64,000 nt of DNA from Setoptus koraiensis (taxonomy: Eukaryota; Animalia; Arthropoda), in contig CM106586.1 of the NCBI GenBank assembly GCA_048013815.1, forward strand, positions 18,910,001-18,974,000, read 5' to 3'. The notes under the pieces were generated by a model. It was not told the DNA's origin. It ran no database searches and saw only the letters and a program-made list of their open reading frames with translations. Positions 29,205-37,933 of this stretch are shown here, one piece after another (position 1 is the stretch's first letter; each line of letters starts with the position of its first letter). Position numbers and translations under genes: made by a program.

Positions 29205-29285
29205 ACTACTCCCCCCCCACCCCATCACATACTATAATATAGTAGATAATCAATATTATACTATATGATGGGGGGGTAGGGTAGT
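29205..29285. repeat. Imperfect inverted repeat (hairpin) just downstream of the Aurora stop codon
   Basis: The left arm ACTACT-C8-ACCCCATCACATACTATAATAT pairs with the right arm ATATTATACTATATGATG-G6-TAGGGTAGT around a loop of about 12 nt. Confidence 0.65.
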
Positions 29286-29297
29286 GGCAGTGATGAT

Positions 29298-30224
29298 TCA
29301 CTTATTAGGCGGCATGCCTGGACAGTTGGCGACAATCCAGGCATGTTGTTTGGCCTCTGCTAGTTGCATACGTTGCTTGGGTTCCTTCTTGAGCAAGCGA
29401 GCGATAAAATCTATTGCCAATTGTGACACATTGGGCGGAATTGAGTATTTGACGGCGCATATATTTGCGTAGGTGTCTTCGACTCTTTCCATCTCAAAGG
29501 GCGGAACGCCAACAATAAATTCATAGGTTAGCACACCGAGGCACCAGAGATCGACGTTCTTGTCGTAGGCCTTCCTTTGCACCATTTCGGGTGGCAAATA
29601 ATCTAATGTTCCGCACATTGTTGTTCGACGCGACGATGGCGCATGAACTGACCAGCCAAAGTCGGCTATTTTGATTTCGCCACGGAATCCCAACAGAATA
29701 TTCTCTGGCTTAATATCACGATGTATGACATTCATGGAATGACAAATAATTAATGCCTCTATACATTGGGTGACGTAGGTGGCCGCCAGTGGTTCATCGA
29801 AGCGTTTCTGGTCCCTCAGCTTCTTGTACAATTCACCACGCGGCGCGTACTCCAATACGAGATAGATGCGTGTGTCGTCGTAAAAGTAACCAAACATCTT
29901 CAATATGTTCTCATGCTCAAGATGCGATTGTATCTCGATCTCTCGTCTCAATTGATGCTGAACATTGTTCCTGATGAGCTGATTCTTCGAGAGAACCTTC
30001 AATGCTACGATATATTGCTCCTCCTTTGTCCTAGCCAAATAAACGTTACCAAATTTGCCCTTGCCCAATGGTCGACCTATCTCAAAGTCGGCTAAAGTGA
30101 ATTTTTTGCCCGTTTGGGCGTGCCTCAATTGACCATCGTCGTATTGTTGTGGTTGCTGGCTGTTTGTGGGTGTTGTATCGGCATCGGAATCCCCGTACGC
30201 CGTCTCGAATGACGGTGTTGACAT
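29298..30224 (-). CDS. aurA: Aurora kinase, Aurora A-type, single exon (~308 aa from the first ATG)
   Basis: Complete kinase domain: [44 protein letters not shown] and a C-terminal RxxL (RMQL). Gly in MFGYFYD and the SSRRTT activation loop match Aurora A rather than B. The track ORF starts at TTG 30251; the first in-frame ATG is 30224. Confidence 0.95.
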   Translation of the reverse strand: MSTPSFETAYGDSDADTTPTNSQQPQQYDDGQLRHAQTGKKFTLADFEIGRPLGKGKFGNVYLARTKEEQYIVALKVLSKNQLIRNNVQHQLRREIEIQSHLEHENILKMFGYFYDDTRIYLVLEYAPRGELYKKLRDQKRFDEPLAATYVTQCIEALIICHSMNVIHRDIKPENILLGFRGEIKIADFGWSVHAPSSRRTTMCGTLDYLPPEMVQRKAYDKNVDLWCLGVLTYEFIVGVPPFEMERVEDTYANICAVKYSIPPNVSQLAIDFIARLLKKEPKQRMQLAEAKQHAWIVANCPGMPPNK

Positions 30225-30366
30225 GTGACTGGCGGGCCTGTTGGCTTTCAATTAAAAATGGTATAATCAAAATGGTCTGAATAATGGTGATTATTGATTG
30301 AGATATGGGGTATGTTTTCGCTATTTTTTTTTTTCAATGTATCAAATGCAAATGAGGTGTTGCAAC

Positions 30367-30461
30367 AAGATGGCGTTTCGTAAAGTGTGAGGACCGTTTG
30401 TTTGTGTTGACAAACTTTTCATAACGTTTTTAAACCGCCATGAACTCGGAATTGCGCATGC
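30367..30461. promoter_or_regulatory. Putative Aurora promoter region with YY1-like (AAGATGGCG, 30367-30375) and NRF1-like (GCGCATGC, 30454-30461) motifs
   Basis: Motif matches 140-240 bp upstream of the ATG. Similar motifs recur upstream of other island genes (AAAATGGCG at 33126, ACGCATGCGCG at 44012). No functional evidence. Confidence 0.3.
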
Positions 30462-30500
30462 TCAGCGGCGGGATAATCTGGGCGCTAAATTCAACCATCG

Positions 30501-30945
30501 CCGACTTTTTAGTGATGGGGGGAGATCGATCTCCCGCCCATGGGAGAACATCTCCCGCTCCCCGGGAGATTCACCCATGGGAGCCTCCCGGGCTCTCCCG
30601 CTCCCGCGGATCTCCCGAGTCTCCCGAATGTCCCAATCCTCTCCCGAATCTCCCAAATTCTTCCCAAACCTCCCGAATTTCTCCCAAACCTCCCGTGTGC
30701 GTTTTTGACTATGGAAGCTTGCTTTCTTCTCCGCCAGGAGCGCCTCGAGCGCCAGAAAATGCTCAGCCAAGCAAAGAGTGTTTCGATAAATTTTTCAAAA
30801 ACGGGACATTTGGGAGACTCGGGAGATCCGCGGGAGCGGGAGAGCCCGGGAGGCTCCCAGGGAGAAAATCTCCCGGGAGAATTCTCCCTGGGCGGGAGAA
30901 ATTTCTCCCGTGGCGGGAGATCTCCCCCCATCACTAAAAAGTCGG
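30501..30945. mobile_element. Non-autonomous MITE/foldback-like element with ~140-bp imperfect terminal inverted repeats
   Basis: Perfect 27-bp terminal IR CCGACTTTTTAGTGATGGGGGGAGATC (30501-30527 vs 30919-30945). An inner 56-bp IR block has one mismatch (30579-30634 vs 30803-30858), with a 168-bp spacer. No TSD or transposase seen. Confidence 0.7.
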
Positions 30946-31501
30946 ACTTTTTAGTGATCGGGGGAGGTATGTCTCCCCCTCCCACCTCCCCGATTTCATG
31001 TCGGGGAGGTGGGAGTAAGGACCTCCCGCCTCCCAAAAGCAAACGGGGAGGTGGGAGTAAGGACCTCCCGCCTCCCAAAAGTAAACGGGGAGGTGGGAGG
31101 CTCTACCTCCCGCCTCCCAAATGTGAACGGGGAGGCGGGAGGGGGAGGCTCCCGCCTCCCCGTTTCAATCAGCACCGGTTTATCAGAACGAAATAACGGT
31201 TGAGGCACCAGCTATGAAAATCATTGGAATCATATAAAACAATTAAAATAACTTGTTTTTTGTCTTTTTTATATTCATTTCAAGCATCTTGGAGGGATTT
31301 GGGACCTCCCCGTTTTTTTCGGGAGGTAAAAATGCCTCCCCGGGGAGGGGGAGGCTCCCACCTCCCCGTTTCGAAACGGGGAGAAACACCTCCCCACCTC
31401 CCCCTCCCCGTTTTGAAACGGGGAGAAACACCTCCCCACCTCCCGCTCCCCATTTTGAAACGGGGAGGGGGAGGTGGGGAGGTGGTTCTCCCCGGTATAA
31501 A
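30945..31501. repeat. Second copy of the element terminus followed by two arrays of 42-bp hairpin-forming units
   Basis: GACTTTTTAGTGAT restarts at 30945. Units GGGGAGG(T/C)GGGAG-spacer-CTCCCGCCTCCC start at 31003, 31045, 31087 and 31129. A second 42-bp array contains the perfect palindrome CTCCCCGTTTCGAAACGGGGAG at 31362-31383 with variants near 31404 and 31446. Confidence 0.85.
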
Positions 31502-32001
31502 NNNNNNNNNNNNNNNNNNNNNNNNNNNNNNNNNNNNNNNNNNNNNNNNNNNNNNNNNNNNNNNNNNNNNNNNNNNNNNNNNNNNNNNNNNNNNNNNNNN
31601 NNNNNNNNNNNNNNNNNNNNNNNNNNNNNNNNNNNNNNNNNNNNNNNNNNNNNNNNNNNNNNNNNNNNNNNNNNNNNNNNNNNNNNNNNNNNNNNNNNNN
31701 NNNNNNNNNNNNNNNNNNNNNNNNNNNNNNNNNNNNNNNNNNNNNNNNNNNNNNNNNNNNNNNNNNNNNNNNNNNNNNNNNNNNNNNNNNNNNNNNNNNN
31801 NNNNNNNNNNNNNNNNNNNNNNNNNNNNNNNNNNNNNNNNNNNNNNNNNNNNNNNNNNNNNNNNNNNNNNNNNNNNNNNNNNNNNNNNNNNNNNNNNNNN
31901 NNNNNNNNNNNNNNNNNNNNNNNNNNNNNNNNNNNNNNNNNNNNNNNNNNNNNNNNNNNNNNNNNNNNNNNNNNNNNNNNNNNNNNNNNNNNNNNNNNNN
32001 N
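31502..32001. other. Assembly gap (500 N)
   Basis: A run of exactly 500 N. The round number suggests a placeholder scaffolding gap, so true distance and adjacency are unknown. Confidence 0.98.
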
Positions 32002-32109
32002 ATCCTTAGTGAACAAATACACACATTAGCTGTTTTCAAAGAAAAAGTTGTTGATTTTATAGCAAAGCTGAATGATGAGGCAACAATGAGTAAGAATATA
32101 ATGAAATAA
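32002..32109 (+). CDS. Possible 3' end of a gene whose 5' part lies in the gap
   Basis: The frame is open from the first base after the gap for 35 codons (ILSEQIHTLAVFKEKVVDFIAKLNDEATMSKNIMK*), has protein-like composition and converges on the next ORF. Too short to assign. Confidence 0.3.
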   Translation: MLSEQIHTLAVFKEKVVDFIAKLNDEATMSKNIMK

Positions 32110-32278
32110 TAAGGATTTTCAAGTAAACCAAAGTGATCTTATATTTATACAAATTAACAAATTTTTAATACAGTATTTGTCTACATGAACGAGATGGATT
32201 TTATTATTATGTTGATTAGCAACATTAATTTGAATTATTATTGAATTCCTGATTATAACAATCAGCTCATTATTAAAT

Positions 32279-32785
32279 TCAATGAGTTGGTGCCATGAGA
32301 TTTTCAGCCTCTGTTTTAACAAGCTTTGCCTCTTCCTCCAATTTCTTTAGTTTGTCGAACTCCTCCAATACGATTGTACGTCTGAGCTCTAGAGGTTTAA
32401 TTTCCTCCACATAATTTCTGAAATTTTCATCCAAAACAGCTCTCAATTCCTTTATGCCGTAATCTGGCTTTTGTTCAGTTTCGGCGAAATTCAATAGAAC
32501 TTGAGATTTTTTATTGAGATCGACGAATTTTTTCTGGTATTCCGTGTCCCACGAGTCGAAGAGAGCCTTTTCGCATTTCAGCTCTTCTTGGCATGATTCA
32601 ACCTGAGCTTTGAGCATTTCCTCAATTTTTCTCTGTTGCTCCAGTTCAGCTTTCATGGCGGCGAGCTTATTTTGCAGTTGGACAGACATCAAGTTTTCGT
32701 CGGCCTCCGTTTTGTGGAATGACTTAATTATGTTAGAGACATATTTTTGCTCTATCAGGCATAGATTCATAAGTTGAGCGTCCAT
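32279..32785 (-). CDS. Hypothetical coiled-coil protein (168 aa)
   Basis: ATG-initiated ORF with E/K/L/Q-rich helical composition in the gene-dense island. No family recognised. The frame stays open for about 30 codons upstream, so an upstream exon is possible. Confidence 0.7.
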   Translation of the reverse strand: MDAQLMNLCLIEQKYVSNIIKSFHKTEADENLMSVQLQNKLAAMKAELEQQRKIEEMLKAQVESCQEELKCEKALFDSWDTEYQKKFVDLNKKSQVLLNFAETEQKPDYGIKELRAVLDENFRNYVEEIKPLELRRTIVLEEFDKLKKLEEEAKLVKTEAENLMAPTH

Positions 32786-33514
32786 TGTTTGTTGTTTCTT
32801 TTTTTGGCGATGATACCGATTGATTTTTGGCGATGATTCCGATTGATATTTGACGATGATTGAAACTGAGTCAAACTAAGTTAATTAACTAAATTAATCA
32901 GGAGAAACTGATTGAAAACGAATTTAACTCTCGACTTGATGGTTCGATCTGTGTGCGGAGTTTGGCGCGAGCAAGCACTCGACAATGTGAAGTTCACATT
33001 GGGAAGCTCAACAGTTCGCCAGCGCATCGAACTGTTGCAAGTTGCAAGCATAGTCTGGCCACTGGCACTGGCGCCCAGCGGACGCACGCGCATTGCAACC
33101 CATCCACGGTGGACGAGTGAAAACAAAAATGGCGTCACAACTTGTGACTCACAAGCGCTTTGTTAGGCACAAATCTAATACGCCCACCAGAACATCGGTG
33201 GCAAAGTTCGACGAGTGACGACATGTTTCATTTCTCATTTTGTTCGCAGTTCACTCTGCGCGTGCGCCGTCTTCACCTAGACTCCAAAATCTATTACTGG
33301 GATGCCATCGAACGGCATGTGACATTATAGGCACCATTGGACATTGGGTGGCCCGGCCACCGTGGCCGAACGCTTCGCATTTCCTCGGGGCGAATATTGA
33401 GATCGAATCGTGATAACTGGAAGAATGAAGCAATCAATATTGACGGCGAATCGCCGACACAACGGAAACCCATGCCTAGACAAATAAATTGCTTGTTTGC
33501 TCGTTTCACAGTTG

Positions 33515-34071
33515 TCAGTTCTTATTCTTTAATTTGGAAGTTATTGTGTAACAACACAAATGCGTTATTATCAACAGAAACGCCGCCGCATTGTTTACAA
33601 AGTCCAGCTTGCTGCTCGCCAATATTGCCTCCTCGTGGTCACTGCCAAATTGTCCGTTCTCGATTGGCGGCAGACCATTGCTGGTGGCTGCCAGAATAAA
33701 ATAGGATAGATCAATGAGGGCGGGCAAAATGATAAAGTTTCCTATTTTGTAACATTTCATCTTGTACAAAGCCATGGATATTGATAGCATTATGGCGAAT
33801 AATATTGAAAGCAACAATTCCAGTAATATAATAATCGGGTGTCTTGTTTCGTTTTCATAATCTGTATGAGCGAGAAAAATAAACATTGGGTGACAACAAT
33901 TAATCATGGGCATCACGCCACCTTACAAATCTATTGTTTTAGTGATCCGATTCGGTTAACTAGCCCCAGACCATACTTACACTTCCAAATTGTACTCAAC
34001 ACACTCAATATGACGAATAGTTTTATGTAAGATTCTATAATAAATACGCTGATTGCTGTGGATAAATTCAT
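33515..34071 (-). CDS. Putative small four-pass membrane protein, two-exon model (34071-33981 + 33921-33515, 165 aa)
   Basis: ATG at 34071 gives MNLSTAISVFIIESYIKLFVILSVLSTIWK, then a GTAAGT donor at 33980. The acceptor AG ending at 33922 restores the frame of the 133-aa track ORF. There are four hydrophobic segments. A competing AG 9 nt upstream (33931) would give an immediate stop. Confidence 0.4.
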
Positions 34072-35116
34072 GTCACTTTTGTGCTCTTGTTGCTATAATG
34101 ATAATGCCTCCGCTGATTGTATTTATCTTAGACATTGATCAATATTTCCGGACTTGACTAGATCTTATTAAGGGCTCGATTTTCAGTGACTCTTAATTAA
34201 TAATAACTCTGCTAATATCCTCTTGTTTATAATCTTTATAATAAGCATGTCTATACATCTCGTTTGATTTGCCTATGCCAAATATACTTTAATTTCTGGA
34301 CTAAAAAAAGCGTACTGATTAATAAATTAGCGAACTGTCGAAAATAGTGATAGTTGATAGGGGCGATGGCTCGAAAAGTGAAGTGGATAATAAAAGTGTA
34401 GGTGAATCTGACTTGTGGGATTGCCGATTAGAACAATTTACATGCGACTGTTGCAGCAACTGCAGGGCAATTCAATAAATGCGCGCGTAACCCATGGCAA
34501 CGCATCAGCTGACTACGACATCTGGCAAGCTAATGTCATTTTTTGATTATCTTCTTTAAATTGTTTGTTTATGAAATGAATAAGAAACGATTTCTCTACA
34601 TTTTCCTGTACAGAAAAAAAAGTAACACAGAGACGAAACCATTGCCTATGTAAATTGAGTATTGTCATTCCTTAATTTGCACACCGACGAGAAATATCCT
34701 CTCACTTGTTTGAACGTGAGTCGTACTCTGTTATCTGTTTGTAGATTTATTTATTCAATATCGATGAAGAAGCAGCATTGATTTGTTAAGAATCTGAATT
34801 TCGTCATGATATTGTGTCTGCCTTTGTTGGTAAATCATCTAACCATGAGTTCAAATCTGCTACCAGTTAATAGTTTTGCTGGTCCAGCAACAATTGAACA
34901 GAACCATTCATCAACATTGATAACCACCATAAGCATAGGCTATCCAGGCTTTGCTTTGTCATTCTTGGCATTACTCACTTGAACACATTTCGGAATCACT
35001 GTAACAATTGACATCCGCTTATTTCGTGCTGTTAGTCAATATTATTATAACAATATATTCTATTGATAGCTGATGATAATTTGTATGTACATTGTGGAGC
35101 CGCATCAGATCGTTGA

Positions 35117-36019
35117 TCATTTAGCTGGCCAGTTGAACGTATCAATCTGCTTCTGAAGTTTGTCCTTTTGTTCTTTGGGAATGTTGTCAGCGAATGTATT
35201 TAGGAGCTCTTGCACTCTCTTTTTGGTTAACTTGGGCAGTTCCTTGTTTAAGACCTCAACAAACGTTGGTGCACTCTTAACATGATACTGATATGGGGTC
35301 TTGCAATTGCCCCCGAGAAAATCCGGACAATTCTCTGGTTCTATATATTCGAAAATCTTGTCTGACGATATAAACATAACAACATCACGTCGTTCCTGTG
35401 GGATCAAGCGCTTGATTAAACTCCAAACAGTGGACAAAATCCATGGAAAATTGATTGCCAGCACATAGTCTAAATTGACTGGAAAATAGTCTTTTAACAG
35501 CGCTAAAAAGTGAGTAAGAAGCTCCAAATCATAGTTTGACCATGAGGTGTTTGTTAGATCCATCACTACGGAGAAGGGCGTTCCATCTTGACTGTCGTCT
35601 ACCTTGAACATTAGATAAGACAAAAAATCCTTAGTGAACGCTTTTAATTCGCTACAATTTTTGCACATTGAAGCTCGTAAATACAGTGTACGGTTCCCAT
35701 ATCTGTCTGCCTCATAAAGAAACACAGCACCACATAGTGGAAGTTCTTGGGGAAAATCTTCTGGTTGTAATTCGTGCAAACGTTTCTCTTTGCGCCATTT
35801 CAGTACGTTGGTCATCATCTCAACTGATTGCTTGACTTGTTTGCGTTGCATGATGACAAAACGTTGACACAGGAAGTCCAAATTTTCAACAAGTCTGATA
35901 TCTTCAGGATGGAATTCATCGGGTGACTGCTTATAAACATTCTCTAGGAACATATCACGAACTTGTTGCACTACGACACCCTTGGGCTCGCGCAGTTTTG
36001 GAATCTTATTTCGCGGCAT
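35117..36019 (-). CDS. CRAL-TRIO (Sec14-like) lipid-binding protein, MOSPD2-like, without MSP or TM domains (300 aa, intronless CDS)
   Basis: CRAL_TRIO_N-type helices (EDIRLVENLDFLCQRF...LKWRKE), GAVFLYEADRYGNRTLYLR, VVMDL and YFPVNLDYVLAINFPWIL...W motifs resemble the MOSPD2 N-terminal half. The ORF ends without an MSP domain. Confidence 0.88.
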   Translation of the reverse strand: MPRNKIPKLREPKGVVVQQVRDMFLENVYKQSPDEFHPEDIRLVENLDFLCQRFVIMQRKQVKQSVEMMTNVLKWRKEKRLHELQPEDFPQELPLCGAVFLYEADRYGNRTLYLRASMCKNCSELKAFTKDFLSYLMFKVDDSQDGTPFSVVMDLTNTSWSNYDLELLTHFLALLKDYFPVNLDYVLAINFPWILSTVWSLIKRLIPQERRDVVMFISSDKIFEYIEPENCPDFLGGNCKTPYQYHVKSAPTFVEVLNKELPKLTKKRVQELLNTFADNIPKEQKDKLQKQIDTFNWPAK

Positions 36020-37924
36020 TGTTGTTGTACTAATGTAGTTTGTCTTTGCTACTACTCTTGTTGAATTTGTTGGTTTAACGATTCTAATTTGATCACGTAT
36101 CTCGATGTTTCTTCGATGTCTTATTATGAATTAGATTAAGTATCCTCTAGTTTCTTCTTCTTCTATTGCAGCTGCTCACTTAACTTGGCAGCCAACTTGC
36201 AACAATAACAATAGTTTGGCTGATATAGCTACGTATCTAGGCTTGTACTACGTGGCTGCCAGACCATCCAAGATAAGCTAGATGGACCAATCGAGAGACA
36301 AGAAGAAAAATTCACCAAAGGGCTGGTCAATCTGCGTATACATGAGGTAGAAATCAAAATAAGGAAGTAGTAGGTATGAAAGTAATAAAGATAATGATGA
36401 TTCTAAAAAGAAAGAAGGAGAAGCAGATTAACGCAATGGACCATGGCACTGCTGTTGTTGTTATTACCGAAGAATATACATAACTTGATTGAGTTCCGAC
36501 TGGACTAGTTATTGGCTAGACACGCTATCCTCACTCCGCTGGCCGCTGTTGTAAACCGTTAGCACGGCCATTTATCCAACCAAACCATAACACCACCTTC
36601 GAGATCTCTCTTATCAAGCCATAGCGAGATGATACACAGCAACAACAACAACAAGATCGGCGACAGCAACAGGCTCGCTTCTTGATCTAGTAGTAGTGTT
36701 GCTGGTAGTGGTGGTAGTGGCTTCTAATGACCGTTAGCGAAATACGTTTAGCAATATCAGTTTAGAAGCGCGCTTGGTCAGTTTGTACAACAGGTAGGCT
36801 TTAATTTAGATACTCGCCAGCTTTACTACCCAACCCATCAGCTGGCCAGTCGCGCCATCTTGTCTTGACCTGTTTGGTCAAGCTAAGGAGAAACGATACA
36901 TACGAGATTGGGGGGACTTTGTACACATTATACTGATGGAAACAACTTGTTACCTTTCACTTTTACTAGCACTTCTACCACTACCGCCGCTACTGACACT
37001 AAGGCCACCCTCGTCATCATACATGAGAGAGATACGTCCTTCTGATTGCTCATTATAAACCAATCAGCAGAAAGGAAGGGAAGAAGATATCAATGGTTAC
37101 TGGCCATTAGTTTTTGTTTCGCTAAATATGGAGACTTGACATGATACAAGTTGCGTAAGAACAACAACAAAGTTTTAGACTAGTCATATCCAGCCACTCG
37201 ATCTAGCATTCGTGCGATCTTCAAATGAACATTTTTGTATCTGAGGATCGTACTGAATGAACTGGCGCCCACCAAATAAACTGGGTCCTTTCAATAATCC
37301 CGATAACCGCTGCCATTGTTACGGGTATCGACGAAAAAAATCAGACAATGGAGCGGCGTATCAATCATCATAATTTACAAGCATTAGTGCAACCAATCAA
37401 GATGTGTCTAGTTGAACAGGTGATTCTGTTGTCCAACTTATTCTGACATTGTGAACAACAACAAAACTGAGTTCACCCATGCCCAATCTTTTAGCTTCGG
37501 TCGATTCGTTGAGCAGAAGGCCAACATTGAGTGGCTGTCGAAATATCTCCGCGATATGTATGTATTTTTGCTTTTATTTTCACAAAAATAAATTAAAGAT
37601 TAGTGCAACTGCGGATTGTGATAGAATCGTACTGAAAGAATTTTTCTCTATTATCATCGATATCAAGTTGATATTTCAACAGTAGTGGAAGTTAACGTCC
37701 AGTTTGGGGCGCAAAAATAACCAGTTGCGCAAGTTCAATCTGTTTTTTTTAGTTGATAATTCATCTAATTAATATTTAACGAATCAACCTGAGTTCAACT
37801 CTAGCACATCGACTTCCTTTCGAGTTGGCGAACTAAGCGCGTTGGTAATTCGCTAAAAATCGGCCGCAAATTACACTTTTTTCATTTCCATCAAGAAGCC
37901 GCTTCCCCGATCCGGTTTTTCGGT

Positions 37925-37933
37925 ACTCACCTG
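37925..37933 (-). promoter_or_regulatory. Consensus splice donor CAG|GTGAGT, possibly a 5'-UTR intron of the 35117-36019 gene
   Basis: Perfect donor consensus on the same strand, 1.9 kb upstream of the ATG. The acceptor is not securely identified. Confidence 0.3.

Noticed and set aside
29766-30270. Plus-strand ORFs overlapping Aurora (also 43308-43724 over RpL23, and 46045-47616 ORFs over the GPR158-like gene)
   Set aside because: These are antisense or alternate-frame shadows of well-supported genes.
31003-31170. 42-bp hairpin array as a CRISPR array
   Set aside because: The context is eukaryotic, the variable parts are only 7-10 nt and partly identical, there are no unique 25-45-nt spacers, and there are no cas genes.
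30440-31208. G/P-rich ORFs of 64-218 aa in the repeat cluster as a transposase or real protein
   Set aside because: They result from stop-poor G/C repeats, are open on both strands, and show no DDE, helicase or RT motifs.
31224-32039. ~260-aa ORFs spanning the N run
   Set aside because: Artefacts of translating through the assembly gap.
34843-34865. GAGTTCAAATC as a tRNA T-loop or Pol III B-box
   Set aside because: The flanking bases do not form a T-stem, and there is no A-box or cloverleaf upstream.
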